From: Rikenellaceae bacterium
GTDB taxonomy: Bacteria; Bacteroidota; Bacteroidia; Bacteroidales; UBA932
Assembly: GCA_022777205.1 (NCBI GenBank)
Contig: JALFGP010000037.1
Coordinates: 2,819 to 66,818 of the forward strand
Direction: 5' to 3'
Length of the DNA: 64,000 bases
The notes under the pieces were generated by a model. It saw only the letters and a program-made list of their open reading frames with translations. It did no database searches and had not been told where the DNA came from. Positions 1 through 8,351 of this stretch are shown here, piece by piece. Within the stretch, counting starts at the first letter, position 1. The number at the start of each line of letters is the position of its first letter. The position numbers and the translations under genes were made by a program.

Positions 1-639
1 CACGAAATAAGGCTTGCCTGCAGTGACACTCATCCCTGCAATTGTTTTGTCTTGAGTCGCTGCCGGAATTTTAGCCGAAAGGGAATGGAAATCAACCGTA
101 CAGTTATATGTAGAGACAAGTGCGAGAGTGATGCTGTTTGGTAATTCACGCAACTCTATTTTTTTGGATTCATCAATAATATAGTTTGCCTCAGAATCGT
201 CAGCCACTCTTTTTGCTGTAACTCCGGTGCATTCAAGCCAAGGCTGCCCGTTCTGTACTAATTCCTTTTCCGCTGTGGTCTTGTTTGCACAGTTGAAATA
301 AAAATCGAATGTTTCGCTTTCTCTGCCGAGTGAAGTCTTGAAAACTCCTTTAAAGATATTCGGTTCAGTCGTTGTGTTAGTCATAACTGTTACTGCATCG
401 GCACTGCTGCGTGCCTTTACCACAATCTCTTCAGTGCCTTCGAATTGGTAAGTGTCACCGTTGAGAATCACTTTGGTTTCGGGCAATTGGAATACGATGC
501 CTTCACCTTTCGGTTCTACTGTCTCTTGCTGATTTTCTCCCTCCGGAAGTTCTGAAATCACTGTTTCGTTTTCTGGAGCCATCTTGGAGCAGGCTGCCAA
601 TGCCAAAACTGCAAATGCTGCTGATATATGTTTTTTCAT
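1..639 (-). CDS. Fimbrillin/type V pilin-like lipoprotein, 3' end runs off the window
   Basis: Not in the ORF track because it has no stop. Translated by hand from ATG at 639: MKKHISAAFAVLALAACSKMAPENE...PETKVILNGDTYQFEGTEEIVV..., open to base 1. Has an SPII lipobox (LAAC) and a degenerate TK-x-l-x-G..(W/F)..(D/E)-I-V segment like Mfa1-type N-termini. Confidence 0.6.
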   Translation of the reverse strand, partial: MKKHISAAFAVLALAACSKMAPENETVISELPEGENQQETVEPKGEGIVFQLPETKVILNGDTYQFEGTEEIVVKARSSADAVTVMTNTTTEPNIFKGVFKTSLGRESETFDFYFNCANKTTAEKELVQNGQPWLECTGVTAKRVADDSEANYIIDESKKIELRELPNSITLALVSTYNCTVDFHSLSAKIPAATQDKTIAGMSVTAGKPYFV

Positions 640-675
640 TGCTGTTTCATTTTGATAGGTTACACTACATTTGAA

Positions 676-816
676 TCATTGTTCTCCTTCGAGATAACTT
701 TCGTACTTGGAGTTAGAGGAGAAATTAACATAGGCACTTACGGTGGAGCCGCAAAATCCAATCTCAACGCCCGCCGCGAACTCTGCGATGAGCGGAGTAA
801 AATAAATTTTCTTCAT
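676..816 (-). CDS. 46-aa small ORF with a Y-x-T-P-x9-E-x-G-F-x-x-S motif, upstream of the fimbrillin-like gene
   Basis: MKKIYFTPLIAEFAAGVEIGFCGSTVSAYVNFSSNSKYESYLEGEQ*. Lies just downstream of a consensus promoter. The motif recurs with identical spacing at 54443-54592. Confidence 0.7.
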   Translation of the reverse strand: MKKIYFTPLIAEFAAGVEIGFCGSTVSAYVNFSSNSKYESYLEGEQ

Positions 817-847
817 TAGATCAATTACTTTTTGTACAAATCCGCGG

Positions 848-879
848 CAAAGATAGGGCAATTTTTCGTTATGTGCAAA
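848..879 (-). promoter_or_regulatory. Bacteroidetes sigma-A promoter for the small ORF and pilin-like gene
   Basis: Minus-strand TTTG (876-879), a 20-nt spacer, then TATCTTTG (848-855), matching the -33/-7 consensus. Confidence 0.75.
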
Positions 880-901
880 AAGAAATGATATAAAACAACA
901 A

Positions 902-1477
902 CTAAAACAACATATCAAACAACAACGGGGAGGCGGGGTCCTCGCCTCGGGAGAGGGCTGTGCGGATTTGCGTGGAAGAGATGTTCACAAGGGGCATTTC
1001 CATCAGGCGGATGCGGTAGGCAGGGTTTTCGGACTGAAGGTCAGCGGCGAGGGAGGGAAGGTCATAGCCCTGGCGGGGGAAGACGCAGATGCCGTGGTCC
1101 AGAAGAATGCGGGCGTAGTCTTTCCAGCGGCGGAAGTCGGAGAACTGGTCGCCGCCTATGGCCAGCCACAGGCTGGAATCAGGGTGCTGGGTCTTCAGGG
1201 CTTCGAGAGTGCGGATTGTGTAGTTGGGTTCCCCGAGGCGGAATTCTATATCGGAGACCTGGACTTTTCCGTAGAGTTCGGGGTGTCTTGATACTGCTTC
1301 CCGGGCGGCTTGAAGGCGGGCTTGGGCATCGGAGGGGGTAGCTGTGGGTTTCAGGGGGTTGCGCGGGGATACTACCAAAAGGACCTGGTCGAAATCCCGG
1401 ACCAGGTGTTTGAGGATTTCCAGGTGGCCCCGGTGCAGGGGGTTGAAGGAGCCGGAGTATATTGCTGTTTGTTTCAT
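902..1477 (-). CDS. nadD: Nicotinate-nucleotide adenylyltransferase
   Basis: GSFNPLHRGH (HxGH) motif, YTIRTL, IGGDQ, W and ISST motifs. Confidence 0.93.
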   Translation of the reverse strand: MKQTAIYSGSFNPLHRGHLEILKHLVRDFDQVLLVVSPRNPLKPTATPSDAQARLQAAREAVSRHPELYGKVQVSDIEFRLGEPNYTIRTLEALKTQHPDSSLWLAIGGDQFSDFRRWKDYARILLDHGICVFPRQGYDLPSLAADLQSENPAYRIRLMEMPLVNISSTQIRTALSRGEDPASPLLFDMLF

Positions 1478-1484
1478 TTTTTCA

Positions 1485-1545
1485 GATGCCCGGTCAAGCC
1501 GGGCATGACGATTAGGGGAGTTGCCCGGTCCGGCCGGGCATGACG
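1485..1545 (-). repeat. Two direct copies of a CGTC-tagged REP-like palindrome
   Basis: 1485-1510 gatgcccggtcaagccgggcatgacg and 1520-1545 gttgcccggtccggccgggcatgacg. The reverse complement starts CGTC followed by an ATGCCCGG..CCGGGCA stem. Confidence 0.8.
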
Positions 1546-1557
1546 TTGTGTGAGGGG

Positions 1558-2130
1558 CTAGCCTAAAAACTCGCTGACCATCTGCTCTGCATCGGCATAG
1601 GCCTTGGACAGGTCGTCGTTGATGAGTATGCGGTCAAATTTGTCGGCATAGGTCATTTCCTCAGCGGCTTTGGCCACCCTTCTCTCGATAGCCTCCGCTG
1701 AATCGGTCCCGCGTCCGATGAGCCTCTGCCTGAGCACCTGAACCGAAGGAGCCTGAATGAATATGGAAAGCGCCCTGTCCCCGAAATATTTCTTCAGGCT
1801 CACTCCGCCTTTTACGTCCACATCGAAAATAATCGCATTCCCCTTGTTCCAGATTCTCTCCACCTCGCTCTTGAGCGTGCCGTAGTATGAGCCCGCATAG
1901 ACCTCTTCGTATTCCACAAATTCGTCCGCGGCAATCCTGCTCCGGAATTCATCCGCAGTCATAAAATAGTATTCCACCCCGTTCTGTTCGGTTCCGCGCG
2001 GAGCTCTTGAGGCTGCGGAAATGGAGAATTCCAGCTCCGGATGAAGTTTGAGAATGTGATTCACCACTGTGCTTTTGCCCGAACCTGAAGGGGCCGAGAA
2101 AATGACCACTTTTCTATTGTCTTTTTCCAT
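1558..2130 (-). CDS. gmk: Guanylate kinase
   Basis: APSGSGKST P-loop, SRAPRGTEQNGVEYYF, YYGT and DVDVKG motifs. Confidence 0.97.
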   Translation of the reverse strand: MEKDNRKVVIFSAPSGSGKSTVVNHILKLHPELEFSISAASRAPRGTEQNGVEYYFMTADEFRSRIAADEFVEYEEVYAGSYYGTLKSEVERIWNKGNAIIFDVDVKGGVSLKKYFGDRALSIFIQAPSVQVLRQRLIGRGTDSAEAIERRVAKAAEEMTYADKFDRILINDDLSKAYADAEQMVSEFLG

Positions 2131-2170
2131 TGTTTTGTATGGTTTTTGTTGTCTGTCTTTTTAGTTTTCG

Positions 2171-2188
2171 CAAAATTAGTTATTTTTG
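2171..2188. promoter_or_regulatory. Back-to-back -7 elements for the divergent gmk and fba genes
   Basis: caaaatta (TAATTTTG on minus, 2171-2178) and tatttttg (plus, 2181-2188). Confidence 0.55.
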
Positions 2189-2302
2189 CGTGATTTTTTG
2201 TGCGGCAAGTCTTACAACTTGTTATTTTTCCGTGAGGCGTCCTTTTGCGCCTGCGGCAGAACTTGAATGACAGAATTGTTTTAGTATAATTTTTATATCG
2301 TT

Positions 2303-3304
2303 ATGGTATCTTACAAAGAAATCGGTCTTGTGAACACCAGAGAGATGTTCGCCAAGGCTATCAAGGGTGGCTATGCTATTCCTGCGTTCAACTTCAACAA
2401 TATGGAACAGCTCCAGGCCATCATCCAGGCTGCGGCAGAGACCAAGTCCCCAGTTATTCTTCAGGTATCCAAGGGTGCCCGCAATTATGCAAACCAGACT
2501 CTTCTCCGCTATATGGCAGAGGGTGCAGTGGAGTATGCAAAGGAACTCGGATGGGAGAAACCGCAGATTGTTCTTCACCTCGACCACGGCGACAGCTTCG
2601 AGACTTGCAAGAGCTGCGTGGATATGGGCTTCTCATCAGTGATGATTGACGGTTCTGCTCTTCCTTATGAGGAGAACATCGCCCTCACCAAGAAGGTTGT
2701 CGAGTATGCTCACCAGTTTGACGTGACTGTTGAGGCTGAGCTCGGAGTGCTTGCAGGTGTTGAGGATGAGGTTGCGGCTGAAGAGTCTCACTACACCAAG
2801 CCTGAGGAGGTGATTGATTTCGCAACCCGCACAGGCTGCGACTCTCTCGCAATCTCCATCGGAACTTCACACGGAGCTTACAAGTTCAAGCCTGAGCAGT
2901 GCACAAGAGACCCTAAGACCGGTCTTCTCGTTCCGCCGCCTCTCGCATTCGACGTGCTCCACGAGATTGAGGCAAAGCTTCCTGGCTTCCCAATCGTTCT
3001 CCACGGTTCTTCTTCAGTTCCGCAGGAGTATGTGAAGATTATCGACCAGTACGGCGGCAAGCTTCCTGATGCAGTGGGTATTCCTGAGGAGCAGCTCCGC
3101 GAGGCTTCAAAGAGCGCTGTCTGCAAGATCAACATCGACTCAGACTCACGTCTTGCAATGACAGCTGCAATCCGCAAGGTATTCGCAGAGAAACCGGGTG
3201 AGTTCGACCCACGCAAGTACCTCGGACCTGCAAGGGATGAGATGAAGAAGCTCTATATGCACAAAATCGTAGAGGTTCTCGGCTCAAACGGAAAGGCTGA
3301 ATAA
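2303..3304 (+). CDS. fba: Class II fructose-1,6-bisphosphate aldolase
   Basis: HLDHG, SSVMIDGS, GTSHGAYK, VLHGSS and KINIDSD motifs. Confidence 0.96.
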   Translation: MVSYKEIGLVNTREMFAKAIKGGYAIPAFNFNNMEQLQAIIQAAAETKSPVILQVSKGARNYANQTLLRYMAEGAVEYAKELGWEKPQIVLHLDHGDSFETCKSCVDMGFSSVMIDGSALPYEENIALTKKVVEYAHQFDVTVEAELGVLAGVEDEVAAEESHYTKPEEVIDFATRTGCDSLAISIGTSHGAYKFKPEQCTRDPKTGLLVPPPLAFDVLHEIEAKLPGFPIVLHGSSSVPQEYVKIIDQYGGKLPDAVGIPEEQLREASKSAVCKINIDSDSRLAMTAAIRKVFAEKPGEFDPRKYLGPARDEMKKLYMHKIVEVLGSNGKAE

Positions 3305-3323
3305 TCGGATTTTCTAAACAAAT

Positions 3324-3363
3324 GAGGCCGGATTCGGGTCCGTCAGGATTCCGGTCCGGTCTT
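3324..3363 (+). terminator. Imperfect GC-rich hairpin after fba
   Basis: gaggccggattcgggtcc-gtca-ggattccggtccggtctt folds with G-U pairs and one mismatch; the U-tail is weak. Confidence 0.4.
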
Positions 3364-3401
3364 GTTCTGTAGTAATTGATAGTGGTTGGAACCCTAAGTG
3401 A

Positions 3402-3992
3402 ATGGATACCAATTTCTTTGAGATCTTTACGCTTGTCACCGGACTGATTTTTCTGGTGCTCGAAATCCGCCAGAGCAACTGGATGTGGCTGATGCAGTTT
3501 CTTTCTTCTGCGGCTGCAATAGTCTCTTTCGTGGCGGGCGGGCTGTATGCTTCTGCCGGATTGAATGCCTATTATGTGGTTATGGCAGTGGTGGGGCTCT
3601 ACCAGTGGAGGAAGGATGCCCGGATAGCGGACGGACAGATGGACTCGGGGACTGAATCTTTGCATCTGCGCCGTCCGGGATGGAAAGTCTGGCTTGTCTC
3701 GACTGCGGTGATGCTGGCCGGTACAACTGCCCTTTTCTTCCTGTTGCGCCTGATGGGTGACCCTATGTCAGTGGCGGATGCGGCGGTTACGGTGCTCAGC
3801 GGAATTGCAACCTGGTGGCTCGCAAAGTCCTATCCTCAGCAATGGCTGCTCTGGGTGGTTGCAGATGTGGTTTCGGCCTGGCTGTGCTGGTCGCAGGGAA
3901 TGGTACCTATGGCAATTTTATATGCAATTTACTCTACCTCAGCCATATACGGATATATTCACTGGATACGCAACGGTCGCTATATAGATTGA
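3402..3992 (+). CDS. pnuC: PnuC-family nicotinamide riboside (vitamin) transporter
   Basis: About 7 TM segments, with W-x-W, Y-x-V-M-A-x-x-G-x-x-x-W, DA..T..S..A.W and W..W..D motifs. Confidence 0.88.
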   Translation: MDTNFFEIFTLVTGLIFLVLEIRQSNWMWLMQFLSSAAAIVSFVAGGLYASAGLNAYYVVMAVVGLYQWRKDARIADGQMDSGTESLHLRRPGWKVWLVSTAVMLAGTTALFFLLRLMGDPMSVADAAVTVLSGIATWWLAKSYPQQWLLWVVADVVSAWLCWSQGMVPMAILYAIYSTSAIYGYIHWIRNGRYID

Positions 3993-4009
3993 TAATCATA
4001 GATGGAAAT

Positions 4010-4828
4010 ATGAATACAAGAGAACAGAAACTGGAAGCTTTCGGAAGGCTTCTGGACATACTCGACGAACTCAGGGTAAAATGCCCGTGGGACCGCAAGC
4101 AGACCAACGAGAGCCTGCGTCCTCAGACCATAGAGGAGACTTATGAACTCAGCGATGCCATTCTCAAGAATGACCATCACGAAATCTGCAAGGAACTGGG
4201 AGATTTGCTCCTGCACGTGGTTTTCTATGCCAAGATGGGGGATGAGAAGGGGGAGTTTGATATTGCCGATGTGATTAACCATCTGTGTGATAAGTTGATA
4301 TATCGCCATCCGCACGTTTTCTCCAGCACTGAGGTTTCTTCGGCTGAGGATGTGGTGAAGAATTGGGAGATGCTCAAGACCAAGGAGAAGGACGGGAACA
4401 AGAGGGTGCTTAGCGGAGTGCCGGAGTCGCTTCCGTCTATGATTAAGGCCTACCGCATCCAGGACAAGGCTCGCGGTGTGGGCTTTGACTGGGAGCAGAA
4501 GGAGGATGTCTGGGAGAAGGTCAAGGAGGAGGAAGGCGAACTCGAGAGAGAACTCCGGGCCATCGATGCTGCGGAAAGTGACGAGGCGAGGAATGCTGCG
4601 AAGGATAGGGCAGAGGATGAACTTGGGGATATGATTTTCGCTCTGGTAAATGCCGGGAGGCTTTATAAACTGAATCCGGATACCGCTCTGGAGAAAACTT
4701 GCGCAAAGTTCCGCCGCAGGTTCACCTATCTTGAGGAACATACCATCAGGCAGGGCCGGGACCTCAAGGATATGACTCTTGCTCAGATGGATGAGATTTG
4801 GGACGAGGCGAAGAAGCTGGGACTATAG
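4010..4828 (+). CDS. mazG: Nucleoside triphosphate pyrophosphohydrolase MazG
   Basis: CPWDRKQT, EETYEL, ELGDLL, KLIYRHPHVF and a second EELGD-type domain. Start trimmed to MNTREQK at 4010. Confidence 0.95.
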   Translation: MNTREQKLEAFGRLLDILDELRVKCPWDRKQTNESLRPQTIEETYELSDAILKNDHHEICKELGDLLLHVVFYAKMGDEKGEFDIADVINHLCDKLIYRHPHVFSSTEVSSAEDVVKNWEMLKTKEKDGNKRVLSGVPESLPSMIKAYRIQDKARGVGFDWEQKEDVWEKVKEEEGELERELRAIDAAESDEARNAAKDRAEDELGDMIFALVNAGRLYKLNPDTALEKTCAKFRRRFTYLEEHTIRQGRDLKDMTLAQMDEIWDEAKKLGL

Positions 4829-4862
4829 TAATCTTCCAAAGCACTTTCGCAGTGGCGAAACT

Positions 4863-5840
4863 TTAATTATACAGTTCGTCAAGGGTAAGCGTGGAAACTT
4901 CAATCCGAGGGTCATCCACAAGCGCATCCACCACGCGCCGCTGCCCCTGCATAACGTTCACACGTATGAACTCATCGATGATATTGATGTTCTCCATCCC
5001 GGAGTCCGCAATTTCGTGTCTCGCATCCTTGAAACGGTAAATGCTGTAGTTGTAGGCATTTTTGTCGCAGACTTTCGCAATTATGTTTGAACCGTACCAG
5101 CCGAGCTTGAAAAAGCGTATTTGCTTGTAATCCACCACGTCATCCGCAGTGCCGTGGAAAAGCAGCATTGGACAGGGTTCCGACTCATATTTGAGCGCCC
5201 CGTTGCGGCTGAGCACAGCACCAGCCAATGACACAATTCCCTTGTAATTGAAGCCGGAAGGCAGCGCGGATGTATATGAACTCTGATTGGCTATCTCATA
5301 TTCAGCCTGCAAAACTGAAATGGCCCCTGCAGAAGAACCTATGAGCACCAGATTGTCAGTGTCGATGCCCAATTCCTCCCTATTGTCAATCAGGAATGTC
5401 GTTGCATCGAATAGGTCCTCCACAACCATATGTATGGCCCTGTCCAGATTGTCCACTGTGCCCAGGCCGACCTTTCCTTTGCCTTTCAGCCCAAGCCTGT
5501 AATCGATGGAAACCACATCGTAGCCCCTGTCGTTCAGGGCGCTGAAAAACGGCATCAGATGGGATGCATCCCTTGTGCCACGTATGAAACCGCCTCCGAA
5601 AAGATAAATGAGAGTCGGCTGGCCCTGGGTGGATGAGGTGCTTTCGTAAATGTCAAGATAGAGCCCCTCCCCGTCCTTTTCGGCATAGAGGTAGGTTGCA
5701 TCGGCTGCATAGCCCTGAGGTGCCTGGGGCTTTTCATTTGTCTGGTTTTCAATGACTGTCCTTGCATTTCCCTGGCTGCAGGACAGCATAACTGTGCATA
5801 GCACCAATAGAATGCTGATTCTTTTCATAACATTTTTCAT
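4863..5840 (-). CDS. Lipoprotein alpha/beta hydrolase (esterase/lipase)
   Basis: Lipobox MLSC, FGGGF oxyanion motif, GSSAG nucleophile elbow, FHGTADD and H. ATGA overlap with the Clp ATPase stop. Confidence 0.85.
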   Translation of the reverse strand: MKNVMKRISILLVLCTVMLSCSQGNARTVIENQTNEKPQAPQGYAADATYLYAEKDGEGLYLDIYESTSSTQGQPTLIYLFGGGFIRGTRDASHLMPFFSALNDRGYDVVSIDYRLGLKGKGKVGLGTVDNLDRAIHMVVEDLFDATTFLIDNREELGIDTDNLVLIGSSAGAISVLQAEYEIANQSSYTSALPSGFNYKGIVSLAGAVLSRNGALKYESEPCPMLLFHGTADDVVDYKQIRFFKLGWYGSNIIAKVCDKNAYNYSIYRFKDARHEIADSGMENINIIDEFIRVNVMQGQRRVVDALVDDPRIEVSTLTLDELYN

Positions 5841-8188
5841 ATTTTGGCCGCCTGCTTCTTTCCGGCAGATGCTTTCGTCGCAACTTCCGAGACCACAGGT
5901 CCTTCATCTGTCATATCCACCTTCAATTTCAATGCCTTGTCTTTTTTGTGGTGACGGATGATGTAGGATGAAACAGGGTCCTCCACAAGCCTCTGGATTG
6001 CCCTGCGAAGAGGTCTTGCTCCATATTCCGGGTCGAATCCTTCGTCAGCTGCAGCAGCCATGAGAGCCGGAGTAAAACTCAGATTCCATCCGTTTACCCT
6101 GGTTTTCAACTTGTTCAACTCAATGTCCACGATTTTGCTCACATCTTCCTTGGAGAGACTGTTGAAGAACACGATTTCGTCTATCCTGTTGATGAATTCC
6201 GGCGGGAAAGTCTTGCGGAGAGCCTTGTCCAGCACCGTTCTGCGTTTTGCATCCACATTGCGCCCCGGGGCATTGAATCCCAGTCCGCTGCCATACTCGT
6301 TCACTTCGCGGGTGCCGGCATTGGACGTCATTATCAGTATGGTGTTGCGGAAATCCACGGTCCTGCCGTCGCTGTCGGTGAGCCTTCCGTCATCCATAAC
6401 CTGGAGAAGCAGGCTGAAGACGTCCGGATGGGCCTTTTCTATTTCGTCGAGAAGCACCACGGAATAAGGCTTGCGCCTGACCTTTTCGCTCAATTGTCCG
6501 CCTTCTCCATAGCCTACATATCCTGGAGGCGCACCTACCAACCGGGATACATTGAACTTCTCCGTGTACTCGCTCATATCTATGCGAACCATATTGTCTT
6601 GTGAATCAAACAGATATTCCGCTATGCTCTTGGCCAGCTCGGTCTTGCCCACCCCGGTGGGACCAACGAAAAGAAAGGTGCCTATGGGCCTGAGGGGGTC
6701 CTTTATGCCGGCGCGATTCCTCTGAATTGCCCGTACCACACATTCTACGGCCTCCTTCTGTCCGATTATACGGTTCTGGAGCCTTTGGGACATCTTCAGT
6801 ATCTTGTCCCTTTCGGATTGGGCTATATTGCTCACAGGTATTCCTGTCATACCCGAAATCACTGCGGCAACATCCTCGCTTGTGACAATTCCGGAGGCCT
6901 TGTGCAGGCGTACCATCGAGCCTGCTTCGTCCATCACGTCCAGAGCCTTGTCGGGCAGGCATCTGTCGGTGAGATAGCGCTCCGACATAGTGACGCAGGC
7001 TGTCAGGGCTTCCTTCCTGTAATGCACCCCGTGGTGATCTTCGTAGTAGGGGAGCATCCTGTCCAGGATTTCGGCAGTCTCAGCTGGGGAGGTCGGATTC
7101 ACCAGGACTTTCTGGAAGCGTCTTTCCAGAGCGCCGTCTTTTTCGATGACCTTGCGGAACTCGTCAAGAGTGGTTGCGCCTATGCACTGGAACTCGCCCC
7201 TTGCAAGGGCCGGCTTGAGTATGTTGGCTGCATCCAGACTGCCCGATGCCCCGCCGGCTCCGACCACCGTGTGAATCTCGTCTATGAAGAGTATGATGTC
7301 CGGATTGTTCCGAGCATCTTCGATAATCTCCTTCATTCTTTTCTCGAAATCGCCCCTGTAGCGTGTTCCGGCCACGATTGAAGCTATGTCTATGGAGACG
7401 ATGCGCTTGTTAAGCAGGGGATCCGGCACGTTCCCGGTGGCAATGTTGATGGCAATGCCCTCCACGATTGCAGACTTGCCCACTCCCGGTTCTCCTATAA
7501 GTATGGCGTTGTTTTTCTTGCGCTTCCCGAGGATTTCGATGACCCTCATTATTTCCCTGTCACGTCCCACCACGGGGTCCAGCTTCATCTGTCCCGCAGC
7601 TTTGGTGAGGTCGTGACCATATTTGAAAAGGGCGCTCTCATCCTTTTCTTCGGTCGTCTCAGTCTGAGGATTCTCATACCCCTCCTCTGCAGGATGGTAT
7701 TCTTCACCTTTCCTTTCTTCATTTCCCAGCCCCTCGTCATTGTCCCTCATCACTCCGAGATTTACGAAATCCACGAGGAGTTTCCTGTGGTCCAGACCGT
7801 GTTCCCTGAGGTATTCCGTGCCACGGGACGGAGTGCGAGAAAGTGCCAGCAGAAGGTGCTGAGGCAGCATTTTGCCGCTTCCTGCAAGACTCGCGTCCAT
7901 ATAAGCCAGGCTCATTACGTTGGTACTGTTCCTATCCAGCCCTATGCTTTCGATTTCAGAATAAGGTATGGCTTTGTCGAGGAAAACTCCCGAGTCAATG
8001 AACTCCTTCATATCCCTGAGGTCTATCCCGCAGAACTTCAGATGCAGCACCGCATAATTCTCCCCGTGGCGTATCATCGCAAGGTAGAGATGGTCAGGTA
8101 TAATGTTTCTGTGTCCGGTGCGGATGGCTTCTTCTCTGGAGTAGTTGACGATTGCCTGGAAATCATCGGATATATTCGGTCTTATCAT
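5837..8188 (-). CDS. clpC: Clp protease ATP-binding subunit (ClpC family, no middle UVR domain)
   Basis: Clp-N repeats, GEPGVGKS and GPTGVGKT Walker A motifs, [15 protein letters not shown] and GARPLRR. Start trimmed to MIRPNIS at 8188. Confidence 0.88.
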   Translation of the reverse strand: MIRPNISDDFQAIVNYSREEAIRTGHRNIIPDHLYLAMIRHGENYAVLHLKFCGIDLRDMKEFIDSGVFLDKAIPYSEIESIGLDRNSTNVMSLAYMDASLAGSGKMLPQHLLLALSRTPSRGTEYLREHGLDHRKLLVDFVNLGVMRDNDEGLGNEERKGEEYHPAEEGYENPQTETTEEKDESALFKYGHDLTKAAGQMKLDPVVGRDREIMRVIEILGKRKKNNAILIGEPGVGKSAIVEGIAINIATGNVPDPLLNKRIVSIDIASIVAGTRYRGDFEKRMKEIIEDARNNPDIILFIDEIHTVVGAGGASGSLDAANILKPALARGEFQCIGATTLDEFRKVIEKDGALERRFQKVLVNPTSPAETAEILDRMLPYYEDHHGVHYRKEALTACVTMSERYLTDRCLPDKALDVMDEAGSMVRLHKASGIVTSEDVAAVISGMTGIPVSNIAQSERDKILKMSQRLQNRIIGQKEAVECVVRAIQRNRAGIKDPLRPIGTFLFVGPTGVGKTELAKSIAEYLFDSQDNMVRIDMSEYTEKFNVSRLVGAPPGYVGYGEGGQLSEKVRRKPYSVVLLDEIEKAHPDVFSLLLQVMDDGRLTDSDGRTVDFRNTILIMTSNAGTREVNEYGSGLGFNAPGRNVDAKRRTVLDKALRKTFPPEFINRIDEIVFFNSLSKEDVSKIVDIELNKLKTRVNGWNLSFTPALMAAAADEGFDPEYGARPLRRAIQRLVEDPVSSYIIRHHKKDKALKLKVDMTDEGPVVSEVATKASAGKKQAAKI

Positions 8189-8226
8189 ATTTCTGTCGGT
8201 GTAAATCAGTCTTTGTGAAAACTGCT

Positions 8227-8258
8227 TTTGCAAAATTAAGTATTTGTGCGTATATTTG
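8227..8258. promoter_or_regulatory. Overlapping divergent promoters for gyrA (+) and clpC (-)
   Basis: Plus strand TTTG 8227-8230, 20 nt, TATATTTG 8251-8258. Minus strand TAATTTTG at 8231-8238. Confidence 0.65.
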
Positions 8259-8351
8259 CAAGATATGTCGCGATGCTGTTCTGGCCTTTGGCATATGCCT
8301 TCCCCGGAGCGTTTTGCGGCCCTTTTGGATGAAACATAATAATATAAATTG

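Noticed and set aside
895-925. CAA-rich low-complexity stretch at the nadD 3' end
   Set aside because: There is no regular period; it looks like ordinary U-rich (minus strand) 3' sequence.
3305-3401. Riboswitch upstream of pnuC (TPP, FMN or NAD-type)
   Set aside because: No conserved aptamer sequences were seen; there is only a terminator-like hairpin.
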